DNA of 64,000 nt, from contig JBLDXI010000028.1 of the NCBI GenBank assembly GCA_047495785.1, forward strand, positions 496,001 through 560,000. The letters are read 5' to 3'. The stretch is from Lepidodermella squamata. Lineage: Eukaryota > Animalia > Gastrotricha. How positions within the stretch are numbered: position 1 is the stretch's first letter; each line of letters begins with the position of its first letter. Position numbers and translations under genes: made by a program. Positions 34,472 through 48,831 of the stretch are shown here, piece by piece. A model generated the notes under the pieces. That model was given only the letters and a program-made list of their open reading frames with translations, ran no database searches and was not told the DNA's origin.

Positions 34472-37400
34472 TATTCTTCATAATTTTTTATAAAATTCTA
34501 AAAAAGTTCAAAACTAATACATTACCAACATTTGAAATGCAAACGATTATTTTTCTTTTTGGCATTAATATAATGGTGGAATATTTAAAAATGGCTGTTT
34601 AAGTGTAAATTATTATAATAATGATGATGCAAAATTATAACTTCAGTGTACCCTATATATATTGACACCGTGTCAAAGGCGGAGTAGCGCCTGCCTTGAG
34701 ATTAGCATCATCGTCTAGGCGCGCAACGGGCTCGAGTCGCGCCACGCTCCATTGAATCGCGCGCGCCCGTTTTGTCGAGTCAATTATAGGTGCTGCGACT
34801 GTGCAAGTAAAAGGTCACTAAAATTAACCCGCCACCAGCTAGAGTTGAATAAACCCCGCATTCAACAATTCAAAGTCTACCTAGTCTATGCGTTTAATGA
34901 TGTGTAATTAATTAGTGGTTGGTAAAAAGGACCAACTATACGCACAGCCCAAAAGCACGCGACTGTCCTAAAACTCACGTATAGGTATATAATTTTTATT
35001 GAAATTACCGCTTTCTCGTGAATCATAAAAAAAAATACCTGGATATAATTTAGGAAAAATATCATTTTTCATTTCCGTCAATGAAGCAAAAATCGTAACG
35101 CTTACGAAAGAACATCGCACGAGGTGTTAAAATAACCATATATTACCCTATTTGGGATTAGAGGGAGGATTTGGTCAGCAATATAAGCTTCGTCTGTAAT
35201 AAGAGCCGCTCACTAGATTTCTGGTCTTACTGTACACATAGCCATTTATTGCATTGAGATTCAACCGCCTTAACGAGCACTGAGGCGAGCCTCATCTATC
35301 GGCAATAAAGATGATGAGCCGAAGCGGCTGAATCTCGAAATAAACGGTATTTCTACTAACGCGTCGTCAGATTACTTTATCTGTCGTTAGCATTGTCAAA
35401 ATATAAGGCAGGTGTTTCGGGCCGGTCAACAAATTGCGAGGCGCGGTGCTAATAAATTAGGTACTAACTAAAAGGGTATCCTAATAATTCACCCATATGT
35501 TAGGTCAATTTACCGTCATTTGCGAGGTCATCGCACTTTTCGCACCTGGCGATGAGTAATTACATTGATATCTTAATTTATTGCAACAAATTTACATCAG
35601 GTATGTCAAAATGTTTCCCACGCGGTAAAATGCAAGCGGCTATCAGCTTACTTCAAGAAAATTCCTAAAAAGCGAAAAGGTTATTTCGTTCTAAACTTAA
35701 ACAGATTTTAAGAATAAATGACCTTAACTTTCGATTACTCAAATTTAAGGAACCGGGGAGCGAGTCTACTACAAAGGTCCTTTTCAGCTGTTCCACCAAG
35801 AGATTTTTCGTACCAAAGAGAATGCCAGCTTATTCTCAATCGAAAAGAGATTCCTAGATTTGTTGCTTTTTTAAGGAATTTATCTATTAGGACATGCGAA
35901 ATTCGCAGTTGAAATTCACTCAAGGATGTTTGAAAAATGGAATAATGGGAATTAACGGATGGGAGTAGGTGTCATTGAAATTTTCAATTTTTGAAATAAA
36001 ATGTCCCAAAAGTGTAAAAATCTAAAATGTTGAAAATTCCTAAACAAAAGAGAGTTATAAAAATCCATAGAATAATTTTCACACATTTTTACGCATGAGT
36101 AATTCTGGCTTTTCGAGAAGACGAAAAACACGGGTTACTCCCGTCTTTACCTGGAGTCACAGATTTAATGATAATAATAATAATAATTATCCATTCTAGG
36201 TCACGCTATAGTGACGCGCCTGGCTCGTGCGCAGTGAAGCGTAATACCTAAATAAATGGTATAAAATTGTACAACAATTTAGGCGGTTAGTTTTTTCGCA
36301 ACCGGTCAAACGAAAGAAAGTTATATGCGTGCGGTCGGCCACGGTCGCGCGGTGTAGAATAATAATTAACATAATTTATTATTATATAGCCGTTTGTGTC
36401 GCCCGTCGCACGGCCAGCACCTGCAATAGTCAGTCTGCTATTAAATAAAATGCGTACCATATACCTGAAATATAGGAACGTCATTTGCCGCCCTGAAAAT
36501 TGCGACGATTTATTTGCTAAAACAGGTGGCCGTCAAATTATATCCTGATGAGAATTGAGCCCATCCACAAGTTTTAATTGATTTTGTATTGCATTACATG
36601 ACCCTTGGTCTTGACTAGGAATGTTTACTCAAGGACACGGGCAAGTAATGGACGAAAGGTACTTGCAAAATGCACCTGTCGCTTTTGGTAGCTTGAAAAA
36701 ATTTCAATTCTTCAAAAAACCAACTTCGGAATTTTTCAACGATTTTCTCTGTTTAAAGAAGGAGAAAATCGGGATGTTACCAATATAATTCTGGAAAAAA
36801 TCGGGCCTTTATTGAACATAATTTCCTATGACACCCTGGATTACAAAAAACGGTTACATTTTTATATGTGATAGGATAATGAGATATGATATGAGATGGG
36901 CACTAGCTAATTTTTTGGCGAGTGTCATGCTATACTTCGTGTCACTCAGTTGCGCGCTGCTACTTATAAAAAAGTGCGTTATAGCGGCGCCTTGTTTTTA
37001 TTGCGCGTGCGCATTCCACTCGAAAAAAATTGCGCGCTTGTCATAATAAATCAGCTAGATTTATTTATTTATTTATTTATTACTTGTTATTTATCACTGT
37101 CGTTATAATTTAAGACAGTGACATCTGAGTTGGTGAATCCTGGTGAAACTATCATTATTTCTGAAAATAACAAGAAATGAAAAAAATTGGAAATTTTATA
37201 AAATTGTTTTTTTTTAGACAGAACCGAATGGTATCAGAAGTCAGAAGTACAATGTGTGAGAGATTGTTTTGTGTTCGAAAAAAATATCGGCAGTTATCAC
37301 TTTGCGGAGAGGATAATTGGCGGCGCGCCAATTTATTAGCCAGCAAATGAGGCGAGCGCGCGCTTCATCAGCAGGCGGGCTATTTATCACTTGAAATCCG

Positions 37401-39384
37401 ATAATAAACATGGCCATCAGCAAACAGCAGCAGGTCAGTTAAGTGGCCGCGGCTATACCTCCACTGGGAATAAAACAACAAGCCGCGTTTTACTCACCAC
37501 CACCAGCAGCATCTACAACGGGACACGACTCAAAACACCCTTGAAACTTGAGGACATGTTGTAATAAATTACAATAAAAAATTATTGTTTAATGGTTTAT
37601 TAATATTTTCATATAAGCAAACTACTTCGGTATTCGGTTATATTCAATGCTACCAGTTTTCTCAGCCTTGAAATACCATTGTTTAAGACGGCTTTGCTGA
37701 TGACGTTTTCAAAAAAAGTCGAAAATATTCCAGCTAGATTTTTTTATTCGAATAATTTCCATTTAGGCAGACACAGAGCACACATAGCGAAATGGGAGCT
37801 GAAAGAAATGACCAGAAATTTCTTCGACTATAGCGATCATGTCTTGAAATAGTCAATAACGTGGGACCCCAGAAACGATCTCGGTCTTGAAGCCGAAGAT
37901 ATGCGAATTAGTACCGGGTGCAAGTCTAACGACTGACGATTTACGTCGTAGTCCGGAAAGCTTAGGAACCATTTTACGAAACCGGTTCGTTGTAAGGTGA
38001 TTCGTTCTAAAAATGGGAAAGAAGAAAATAATAATGCAAAATTTCGATAATCGGTATATAAAGCGAAAATTGGGTTTCATTAGAGCCAGTTTGCAGTGAA
38101 AAAGTTTACACATGTAGCCTTGGCATTACATTAAATCATCTCTTTCCGATCTTTTATACATCTTACAATATGGATTTCCGCTCGACACTTGTTTTAGCTC
38201 TTTCGGTTTACGTTGAAAAATGCCAAAAAGGACAAGGCGCATGATTGCGAGGTATTTGCCGTCGCATACCTGTGCGAAATCCTACTTAATGGCAATCCTT
38301 CAATTTTTCGAATGCGGCAACACTTGATCGTCTTTCGGAGACAACTTGACAACTTCAGAACTTGAATATCGACAAAGCTGAACATATTCATGTACGAATA
38401 GCAGAAATTTGAACCATGAAAATTCGAATGAAAATTGACACCCGATTTCGCTCCTGCACGATGGGTTTTGCTAGAATTGTATTGCTAGAATTTCCAAGCT
38501 AGAAATTCTGATTTTCATCAAAGAAATCGGATTTTTTCCCGAAGAAATAGCTGGTACTGGCCCTCAATAAGCATTGCTTTTATTCAAGATAGGCAATTGC
38601 CGAGACGCTGCAGAGTCAGAAAACACAGCCGGAAGCCAGGGAGATCGTTATCATTGCACCTGCTGGGGCTGTGACGGCAGATGCGGTTGTATGAAGCGCC
38701 GTCACGGCTGTGATGCTGACTACAAATTTCAAAAGCCTTGTCTGCAATACTGACTCGAAAAACGAAACGAAACTCACTAATGACTCACTACTGCCCCACT
38801 ATAATTTTTCATGATATTATTTGCTCAACAAGTTTTGGAAACTTGAAATTAGAAGTTTTCTTAATAATTTTGATACTGATGTTAGTGCTCTTGAATGTGT
38901 TCTTGTTCCAACTTGCCAATCACGGTGCCAATTAATTACTAATGATTATTTTATATCATTGAAATTTTTCGAAGAATGAGATTTCTCGTAACTTGCTGCG
39001 TCAATCATATGAAATAAAAATTCGAATGGTGGCACGATATTGTTTTCATTAACATTGCGTTGCGTTGCGTAGTAAGTTGTATCGATCGACGGTGACCGCT
39101 GTCGGATTTGTTTGAGGCGATGCGTTACTTGGTTTCTCTGCGGAGAATGCTCCAATTGAATGCAGGCTGCATGTGTCAAATTACAAAAGTTCAAAGGTTG
39201 CCCGCCGAACTTTATCGGCTCGAGCCGCTCGGCGTATTTATTGTGATTATTCCACGAAAAAACGCTTTTGCCACGATATACTTCAGAAAAACTGTTGAGG
39301 CTTGGGGAAACTGCTTATATCGTGAATGCGAAGTCGACCGGGCCATTGAAAGGCTAGCTGAGCTTTGCGGTTGAATAGATTGCA

Positions 39385-39637
39385 GGTTGGAAAATCGCGA
39401 TAATTGCGCCCGTTCTTACAAGGAAGGAAAAGCCGCTTGGCTGAATCACAACGCCCGATCTCTCTGCTACCAGCCTTCAGTAAATTATCGGAGCTGCTCG
39501 TCACGCTGTTGCTGCTGGATTACCTCGACCAAAATCGTCTGCTAACTTACTAGCGACGCAACCACGGCAAGCTGATCGCCGTATTTCTCGACTTCCGTGC
39601 CGCTTTTGAAACGGTATGGCACGCCGCCTTATTGCAG
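39385..39637 (+). mobile_element. Degenerate non-LTR retrotransposon (LINE) reverse transcriptase fragment
   Basis: Translates to WKIAIIAPVL, RPISLLPAFSKLSE and IAVFLDFRAAFETVWHAALL, which are characteristic LINE RT blocks, with a stop and an internal deletion. Confidence 0.85.
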
Positions 39638-39914
39638 ATTGAAGCTACAAACCTGATGGTTGCCGAAGTTTTATTTCCCCCGAAGACTTGCAATGAGGCC
39701 GCATGTGATGCACGATACGCTTCACATTACTTTTGCAATAAAAAAAGGTTAGCGAAAGACCTGTTGGACAGAGCGCTGAGAAGTTCGGGACCTGCATTAC
39801 TGAGCCATTCAGTTCCCAGAAACTTGCTTTTAAGCTCCTGGCAGAAACCATCGTGAAAAGTCGAAAAGAAACTGATGTCGAAAAAATCGAAACTCGATTA
39901 TCAGTGAGCAATTT

Positions 39915-40045
39915 CTCGAGAAACTACCTACTACGGCGATTCAACATGGAACTGTGCAGGAGCATTGGCACCCGATTTCGCACCCGAGACGTGCATGATA
40001 GACTTTGAGCAATCCGCTCGAAGAGCCTTTGCAGAAAATTGGGTT
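39915..40045 (+). mobile_element. Degenerate Mutator-like (MULE) transposase fragment
   Basis: Translates to ALAPDFAPETCMIDFEQSARRAFAENW, matching the MULE P..xxxDFE.A...AF block around the second catalytic Asp. No flanking ORF. Confidence 0.6.
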
Positions 40046-41401
40046 GGCTTCATTCCATTAAAGTCTAACATGTATTTTGGGACTGATAAAGTGTACTGAT
40101 CTTCATTTTTTGTATGCAGTGATATTACTAACATAGCTCAATCTTTCGTTCGCCAGATTAAAAAGATGCAACTGATGGTTGTCTGCAATGAGCACGAATC
40201 CCCCGCTGTCAAAGTGGCTATCAACAAAGAATTCGCCGCATCAGCATTAGACAGACGATCGACTATCCGTGCTATGACTATGCAATATACCCGTTCAGAT
40301 CGATCAAACCAGTGATCAGGGCGATATTTTTGCAATCGATATTAACAATCTCCAATCAATCATCTCTACCCGACTTTTGAAAGACCTTTGCCTCTTCACC
40401 TCGCAATTTTTATATTCCTATTATAGGACGCCACTCAATTCAGGTGATTTTTTCTGGTGTTGCACTCGCTTGCTTCCGTGAGTCAGATTTTCGATAAATT
40501 CGACATATCGTCGCATTCCACTGTGTCGCCTGGCTTATCATCCTTATCATTTTTTTATCATCCTACAAATCTAGCGTCGAGGCTACACACGCGTTATAAA
40601 AACACGCGAATTTGACCATTTCAGCCACCCAATAGTCAAACGAACGGCCCAATCGCCTGACATTATTACTTACATTTTAAACCTGCCGCAACCACTCAAT
40701 CGATCAGGATGTTCGAAGGCGCCGACACTTGCGTCATTCAACACCACAATGAAGGCAGCCGAATTGCACCCCTTTGACCATATCAACGCTCCGCATCATT
40801 TTGGGGTCGATATTCAGTCGCTAGCCGAAACTGAAATTCGCATTAAAATCCGCTTAGAAAATAAAAGAAATAAATAAGAAGTCGTTGTTATTAAAATTTC
40901 ATCAATAGCTCAATTTTTTATTTGTCTTAAATAGCACATCAGGCTTTCTTTCTTCACAAAATTTCGTTTAAATTTGCAATTTTTTCTGTACACAATAATA
41001 ATTATAATATTTTAGTTTCTCAACATGCCCCGGTTAATAAGGTAAACGGAAATGATAATGGTTCGAATGCGTCCGAGTCGGAGTATCAAAAACAACACAA
41101 GCAGCGCGAAATGAAAATTCGCAAAAAAAAATCGTGGAACGAGAGCAGAAAAAGCGGGAACGAAAATTAAATGGAAATATTATTCAATTTTACTGACGTT
41201 ACAATTCATCATCACCAAGCAACACCTCATTTCTCCAATCAATTTGACCAAATTTGAAAAGCAAAACGTTAACACCAAGAAATAGAAAAAACAGACGTGT
41301 GTTAAAAACCGCTCCGACTAGTGTCAATTGTTTCAAAGTCGTAAATTTCTGTTGCACAAAAACGGTTTTGAGCGGGTACGAATAGGAAGACAGCAATGCT
41401 T

Positions 41402-44400
41402 TCAAGCCAGAGAATTGGTATCCGATTTGATCGAATCGTTCAGGCGTAACGAAGCCCCGCCGTTCTGAGCGGCCGATTTCGACGGGACGAGCGCGAAAGA
41501 CGGCCGTTGTTCGAAATCGGCGTAAACATCGGCGTGCACGTGAGCCCGGCGGCAGAAAATCGCGGCGTCCGACGGCGGCCGGTCCCACGGCCGAATTTCG
41601 AGCGATAGCGGCTGTTTGCCTTGAGCGCGTAACGCAGCGTTATTCGCGGCTACGGTCGCTTTTATTTGACTGTAGATATTGAAATACGTGCGATCGAAGG
41701 CCTCTGAAAAATTCACAAAAAAATCATAAATTTTTGAAAAATATTCGGTATTCAATTAACAAAATTCGTAAGAAATTTGAAATTTCCCGAAAATATATAT
41801 CATTTTTCAAGAAATTTAAAATTTTAATATTAAAAAAATTCGAACATTCAATTAGAAAATTGAAATTTTTAGCTCACTTATGTCGATGTTGTATCGGCCG
41901 AGGGCGATCATGCACAGGTTGAGGAGTAGCCGGTACATGGACAAGTTTTTGACGAACACCTCGCTCGGCAACGCGCGCCGCCGAATCAGCAGTATCAACT
42001 TGATGGCCAGCAGCAGGTCCGAGCGCCGGATCGACGTCAAGAGTTTGGTCATGAGGCGGCGCGAGAAAGGCCGGAAATCGACGAGCGCGTTCGCTTGCGG
42101 GTAGTCACGCCCGAAAACTACCGCCCAGTGCCAGTAGTATGGCCGACCGGTAACGCTAAAATCGAGAGAAAAATATTAAATTGTGAAACTAACAGGCCTT
42201 CTTATGATAAAATAGGATTCTTACACCGGAAGATGTAACAAAGTTTTAGCGAATACGGGCTCTCAAGTTGAAAATATTTCAAATTTTGAGTGGAAAATCA
42301 ATTAAATCGATAGGTAATTTAAGCGTAGATATATTTTCGCATTTTGGTCCAGATCCCGTTTCGCTTATAACTCCTAAAAAATCGAAAAAAATTCAATTTT
42401 TATAATTAGCTGATTGTTTTGAAAAAATTTCAGGTCACTAGCTTGTCTTAGGAAAATCTCATAATCCCAAAAAATCCAACAGCCAAGTGTTCGGTAATTT
42501 TCGGCATATTCCGCCGATTTTTTCAGATTTTACTTTATTTTTCCGTTATTTTCCTTCATTTCTTTTCTCTCATTTGGAAACCTCCCAAATAATTTTTCCA
42601 TGTCTTCTTCCATTTTACCAAAATTTTCAAAATTCGGTTCCGCAATTGAGACCCAGACCTGATCGATTTTTACTGCAAACATTCTTTCGCCATTATTGGG
42701 GAGTTTGAGTGACAATCGGAGTAATGAATTTTCAAAGCAGTAACAAAATACCTGTATAGCATGAGGTTGTCCCACACGACCTGCACATTGACAAGACCAG
42801 CGGCCTCACGCAACTCGCCAACCGACGGCTTTCGCCCGCCCGTCTCACCATTCAACAACCGGCTGAACATGATCAGCGCCGGCAAATGCGAATGAAACTG
42901 CTGCCGCGCGTTGACAAACAACAAATTCCAATACAACGTGTCGTGGTTATCCACAAAACTGCCATCGGCAAACAGCGAAACGGAGGTGTTATTCCGCTCA
43001 GTCGCCTGCTCAATCTCCTTCCGCAGCGCGAGTGGGCTCAGAAAAATGCAGGAAATCGGGCCGATCAGATTCGCGCATTTCCGCTCCTTCGCAGTTTCGA
43101 CGTTGGAAAGACAGTCGAAATCGCCGGTTTCATACCGACCCAGCTCGGACGCCGACCATTTCGTCAACATCTCGCTGTTAGACCGGCGCAGCGGGCGGTA
43201 ACTCGGTTCGAGCGGCACCTCAGTCCCGCGGAAATCTTTCACGTAAATCTCGAGTTTCGGGATGAAACGGAAGCCACACATCGGGCAAACGGCGTTGAAC
43301 ACGGAGTCTGACGCCGACCACATGGCCATGATGTCCTCTTCGAACAGAATCTGGCCGCAGCGGACTGATGGGCATTTGTTAGCGGCGCATAGCGAGATTT
43401 GAACGGTGCAGTCGTCCTTACTCGGCGGCAGAGGCCAGAAATCGAGTTCGTCCAGCGGGGTTTCGCCGTAGTTGGCCGCCTGGTCTGACTCGTGGCCGAT
43501 CGACCCGGCGTAGTCCGGGTTCAGCGCCGGCTCGTCGAGTTGGCTGCCGATGACGAGGTTGCTTGGAGTTTTGTTTGCGTTGTTTTTCGATGTTGACGAT
43601 GAGATTGAGTTCTGGTGGAAATTCTGCAGGTTCAGCGTGGTTCGGTTGTACGAGTCGTTCGTCGCACTGTCACTTGTCACCTGAAATTCACAAAATAAAA
43701 TGAATTATAAACTCAATAAAAATGATCATAAAAATAATGGTGATGATCCAAAAATGATGACGAAAAATGATGCTACGTCTAGATCGGAATTGGCTGATGT
43801 CGAAACTTGATATAACTATAACTTAAAACGAATTCTTCTCAATTTTCTTGGAATTGAATGTAATGGCACATGGAATGTGACTGTTTGAAAGGTCCTATTT
43901 TTCTACTGATTTCAGATATTTCCATCTTCACCTATAGTCGAGAAATTTCTGTTCCTTTATCGATGGATAGCTCAGTTAAATTTCAAGATTTTCATGTCAT
44001 TTTCTGTTGTAAGTGACAAGATTCAGCGGCTATGGTGAACATTATTGGTCGCTTTTGAATACAATCGCCTTTTTTGCACGAATCTACCCCAAAATGCAAC
44101 AACAACAGCAGCATGAATAACAACTTCGCGAAGAGCAAAGACAGCCAGTAAACCAGACTTGACGTGACTTGACTTTAGCCGTTTTTCAAGGTTGTGACTT
44201 GACTAGTGACTCGAGGCCCAAACATCTGTGACTTGTTCTAGTTACGACCAAGTCACGAGAAACAAAAAATACGACAAATTTTGCTTCTTTCACAAATTTC
44301 ATGTTCAATTCGTTTAAAAATGGCTTCTAAACGTAAACTTCCAGAACACCCTCAGGCAGCACTTGATGTAACCCCGAAGAGGTCCAAAGCAATCAGCATT

Positions 44401-47400
44401 AATGATGCGTATATTTAGTACATCAGGGAAATTTGATCGGCAGGCGCCTTTCAAAAATGAGCAGACCATACGACGCTGCTAAATCGTAATTTTAAATATT
44501 CGATAAATTATTCGCCGTTTCCCTGAACTAAATTTTACCACGGAACCAATGAGGATGAAAATGAGGATACCAATAAAGAATCGCAATTTTAATCAATTGC
44601 GTTTTTCTGTTTTTTTATATTATGACTTGACAGACCTGAAAATAAATCAAGACTGAAACTTGTCAACAGCAGCAAACTCCCGAGAATTTCGGGCCAGCCG
44701 GGTGAAATGCCACTGAGTTTTCACGGGCTTCTCCAGAAAATTTTAAATCTAGCCCGTAAAATCGCGATGGAATATTTATTAGGTTTAACTTTAGAAAATT
44801 AGCCCCGAAACTTCGCAAACTCGAAAAAATAGAACTGGCAATCTTTCACGGCCGAGCCAAAAATACCAAATGTTTACGCAATTTATCGGATAATCGTCAA
44901 CCGAATGCTAAGGATCTCCAATAACTTTGTGATCAGCTACTGATGTAAAGTCCAAACCTGGACATTTTCCAACTTCAAATATTAGCTTACCTGTGATCCA
45001 ACGGAAGCGACATCCGGCTGCTGCGGTGTCGATTGCACCTGGTCGCCCGACCGCAGAGATGAAACTGAATGCTGCCGGTAGACAATAGGCGCGGGCAACG
45101 CCATAGCAGCCAGCGTCGAAAACACCTGCGACGACTCGGTGTGAAGATCGATAAGCGAATCGTCCGGAACTTGCGTAGTCGCCGCCGCAATTTGCGCCAC
45201 GGCCGAGCTCAACTTCGACCGCATCTGACTGAACCCGCTCGTCAGCTGCTTCGACGCGGATGAGAACAAAAATTGCGGGGTCGATCGCGATTCTTTCATC
45301 GCAGACCCGCCTAGCAAATCCCGTTGAGGCGACTCGGCCATTGTTTTATTCAAAATCTTCTTGAATAACCCGCCACCGGATGAGGTTGAAGTCGAGGTTG
45401 TATCCAACTGCCGTGGAGCCTGGTCAAATTCGGAATTATCCGACCCGGGTGAAGTAATATTGATCGGAGGCGGCGATTTCATGGTATTACCATTTGGCGG
45501 TTTCGGAATTTCCGCAATTTGCGACTCGTAATCCGAGACTATCAGCGACGACTGCGACTCAACCAGCCGACGACCGGCCTGGCCGACCGGACCCGCGGCG
45601 GCTTTTGAGATGAAATCAAACATTTTCCCCATTTTCTCTCGTAAATACGGCGAGGTGTAATTCGTAGCCGACGGCTCGACATTCAACGAATTCTGCGATG
45701 AATCAACGTTGTTTTGATTTTCAAGCCGTTGCGGCGCCATGAGCGGGGTTTCCGGGAACTTCCCGAACCCAGCCGGGCCGTTTTTGACCCGAGGCGAGTA
45801 GATCAGCGCACTCGCGTCATCCCGCGGCGGTTCTTTCAGCGCCAGCGTGGTCGGCGGCTGAATTTGCTGGTCATTCGCGCTCGACTGCGACCCGGAGACC
45901 AGCGACTGGTGCGATTTCGTCTTAAACCTCACCCCAGCGGCTTTGAACTGCGAAATCGCGCTTACGACGTCTCGCAGCAACCGCCACAACCGGGCTGGCC
46001 GGGATTGGCTCTCAGTTTGCCACGAAGTTTGGTACAAAACTTTATTGCACAGAGCTAAAGTCGCGGCATTTGGTTCGAAATTCAGCTTTCGAATTCTCAT
46101 CAGCAACTGAACTGCAACGGCTGGGTGCCGGTATAGATCAGCCATTGCGAAAATCACTCGATACGGGGTTTGGTCCGAGCCTAAAGCGTCGCTGTACCTC
46201 GCCCAGGCCCTCGCCTGCGTCACTGCATACGACAGCAATTTCCGCCTCGAATGAACCAGGCGGCAGAAGGCGGGTAAAACGCAGAACCAAACTGCGAATG
46301 CGTGGGCCTCGATGATTTTCGCCCATTCGTACGGAATCGACGACCGCTGTTGCACTAACGCGTTCGACGACTTCACCTCCTGCCGGGTTCGCTTGATTAT
46401 CGCCCAGTCAAACGCCTGCCTGTTCCACCTAACAGCCGGTTCGTCGATTTTAGACCCGTTTGTCAGCATTGAATCACTCGATAAATGTTGCGCCACTGCG
46501 ACTGGCTGTGGTCTTTGGTGGAATAAATCGTGATTTAACATCGGAAAATTTGTGTAGGAGTAAGCCACGCCCTCCTCTAGGCCCTGGCATGACGGGGGCG
46601 GCACAACCACTGTTCTTTCGTTATCGCAATCGCGTGATGTTTCAATCAGCCGATAACGATTTGTGTTGTTATTCGACATGATTTCGTCGACTTTCCGGCA
46701 GCAATCCGTGAAAAAATCGAAAACCTGCGGCTTCGAGCTGAACGTCAACTCCTCGACAAATTTCGCAAAATTCTGCAGCCCGCCCAAGTTGAGCAGCTCG
46801 AAAAATTTCGCCAGCGATTTATCGCGGGTTCGCACGAAATCTTTGATGCGGAACAACGAATCGACGTCGAGATTCGTCTTCGTTTTCACGTTAGTCGGCA
46901 CGATAAGGAACGCGTGGTAGCCGCGGAGAATTGTGGCCATGAAAAATAGGAACGCCTCGCGGCATTCGAGCTCCAGCGCGGTCTCACGCTGCTTTCGCAT
47001 CTCCTGTTTTTCGTGTGAAATATCGTTGTTCACATCGACTAGTTCCGAGAATAAACTACTCGTGCGTTGCAGCGTTTTATACACCTTTTCAAGGCGACTT
47101 TGCAACTGCTGCGCCGGCTTTTTCGGCAGCAATTTCCAATTTAAATGCTTTTTATCCTCCGGCAGCAAGATATTTCCCGTGTCTAAATCGATGCAAATAA
47201 CCTCGGGCGGGGGTTCGTATAGCTCGAAGTAGCTGGTATCGACTCCGATGATGAAGCCCATCGGGCACTGGACGATTTCACTCAGGGCTAACGGGCAGAA
47301 CGGGATGAATGGAAACGACCAGATGAAGGGAAATATCATAGTTTTGATGGCTTCGCAAGCCAGAGTTAATACCGAGGGTCGAACGCTGTGCACGAGCATC

Positions 47401-48831
47401 GATTGGCCGAGAATTGCGTATAAAAAGACGTCGAGCGTCTTTTCGACGCCAATGTCGCTGAGAAGTTGTGTGAAAGAAGCGCACGATGGCGGCAAGGGCA
47501 GGTCTTCGGGCCGAGTGAATAAAATCGACTCTTCGGGCGAGAGTTGGGCAAGAATTCGAGGCCTTTCCGCTGAAGGAACTGGCACTTCATGAAGTAAATG
47601 GCTGATAAATCTATTCGAAATATTTATATTTTAGAAATTCTATTTTAAACATCTAATTGCTTACCTTTCGATAGGAAGCCGATGATTCTCAGTGAAAGAC
47701 ATTTTGTAAATGTGCGTGAGATATTGTTTGAACTCGGAGAAGAAGGCGTACTGGGTAAGCAGGCAAATGGCTTTATTCGACGCCAATCGCTTGCCCTGGT
47801 CACTCAACGGAATGTCCGGGCACAGGCCGAGCCGGTTAATCTGCGTCGCACTCAACTGCTCCATCGAGCAAGACTCGTAAAACGTTACCACACAACCGTA
47901 ATATTGAATAAATTTCTGAAGGAAAAATGGTTATATTTTTTGAGCAATTTATGATGATTTTCTTACATCTTCAGAGGAATCACTCGCATCGTTTTGCGTG
48001 TGAGTTATCACAAAGGACGAGAAAACAGGCTGAGGGTCGCGAACATTTGCAGGCCAAGCTTCGATGGTAGCACCCAGTGGTAGACAAAACATGGGAATAT
48101 TGCAGTTGAGCGGGTAAGGCGCGGCCGTATCATCCAGCGGATATCGCGAAAGCACCTCTGAAAACAAAATAATTCAAAAGACATACAAGACATCCCTCGC
48201 AAAACAAACCTGGTTTGAAAGATATAACGTGGTCTCTTAACCTGGCTTTTCGGTAGCATAGATAAATATCAGCACCAACCAGTCCAGTGTTAATTTTCTG
48301 TTCGATTTTGCAGAACGTATGAGGTGGCTCCTCGCCCTTGCTAGCGATAATGACGCAAATGTCCATAACGACCAGCGTGTCCAATGTAGCATTAGGCGGT
48401 GAGCGAGAGTAGGTAACGTAAAGGCACGGGCTTGAAACGTTGTTAATGTTTGCAATACGGCCTGTTGGAGTTTGGAAGACTGCAGCTGCGTTTTCGAGCA
48501 AACGAGCGCCCTCTTGCATGACTCCCATGTCGGTGAGTGGAGCCCGGTCTCGGCCTCGCCTGTAGCATAGGTAAACTTCAGGCGTGCGAAAACTACCAAG
48601 ATTCAAATTGGCACTGTGGCCTGCAGGTGTTTTCTCGATGCATTCGTAACCTCTCGGCACAGGATCGCCAAGACCTTTAAAAATAATCGCTACATCAGTG
48701 ATGGGATCAAGAGGTCCAGAAGATCGCTTTGTTGGGCTCTCCGGGCCGGAGTAGTCTTGAAAGTTTTGAGGTTGTTCTGGTAATCCAACCACAACAAAAT
48801 AGTCGGCTATTTGCGATATGTTAGCAGACAT
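41402..48831 (-). CDS. DENND4: DENN domain-containing protein 4 / Crag (Rab GEF), ~1730 aa; exons 48831-48210, 48157-47967, 47915-47665, 47610-44991, 43680-42752, 42155-41878, 41703-41402
   Basis: N-terminal DYFVVVGL plus MABP region (PITDVAII..YECIEKTPAGHSANLN..YLCYRRGRDRAP). uDENN (RYP..PMFCLPLGATIEAW), DENN (IFPFIWSFPFIPFCP..PMGFIIGVD) and dDENN (REAFLFFMATILRGY). C-terminal Cys-rich block and DRPP. The model closes in frame. Confidence 0.95.
44145..44670. mobile_element. Possible DNA transposon remnant with GACTTG subterminal repeats (hAT-like) in a DENND4 intron
   Basis: Cluster of (gt)gacttg(a) motifs at 44157-44260, and again at 44623-44662. No clean TIR or TSD found. Confidence 0.35.

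Noticed and set aside
35242-35347. Imperfect ~105-nt hairpin upstream of receptor B
   Set aside because: The arms are short and gapped. It cannot be distinguished from a decayed MITE or chance, so it is not called as a miRNA.
45069-47954. Numerous + strand ORFs
   Set aside because: They are antisense to DENND4 exons and have no independent coding features.
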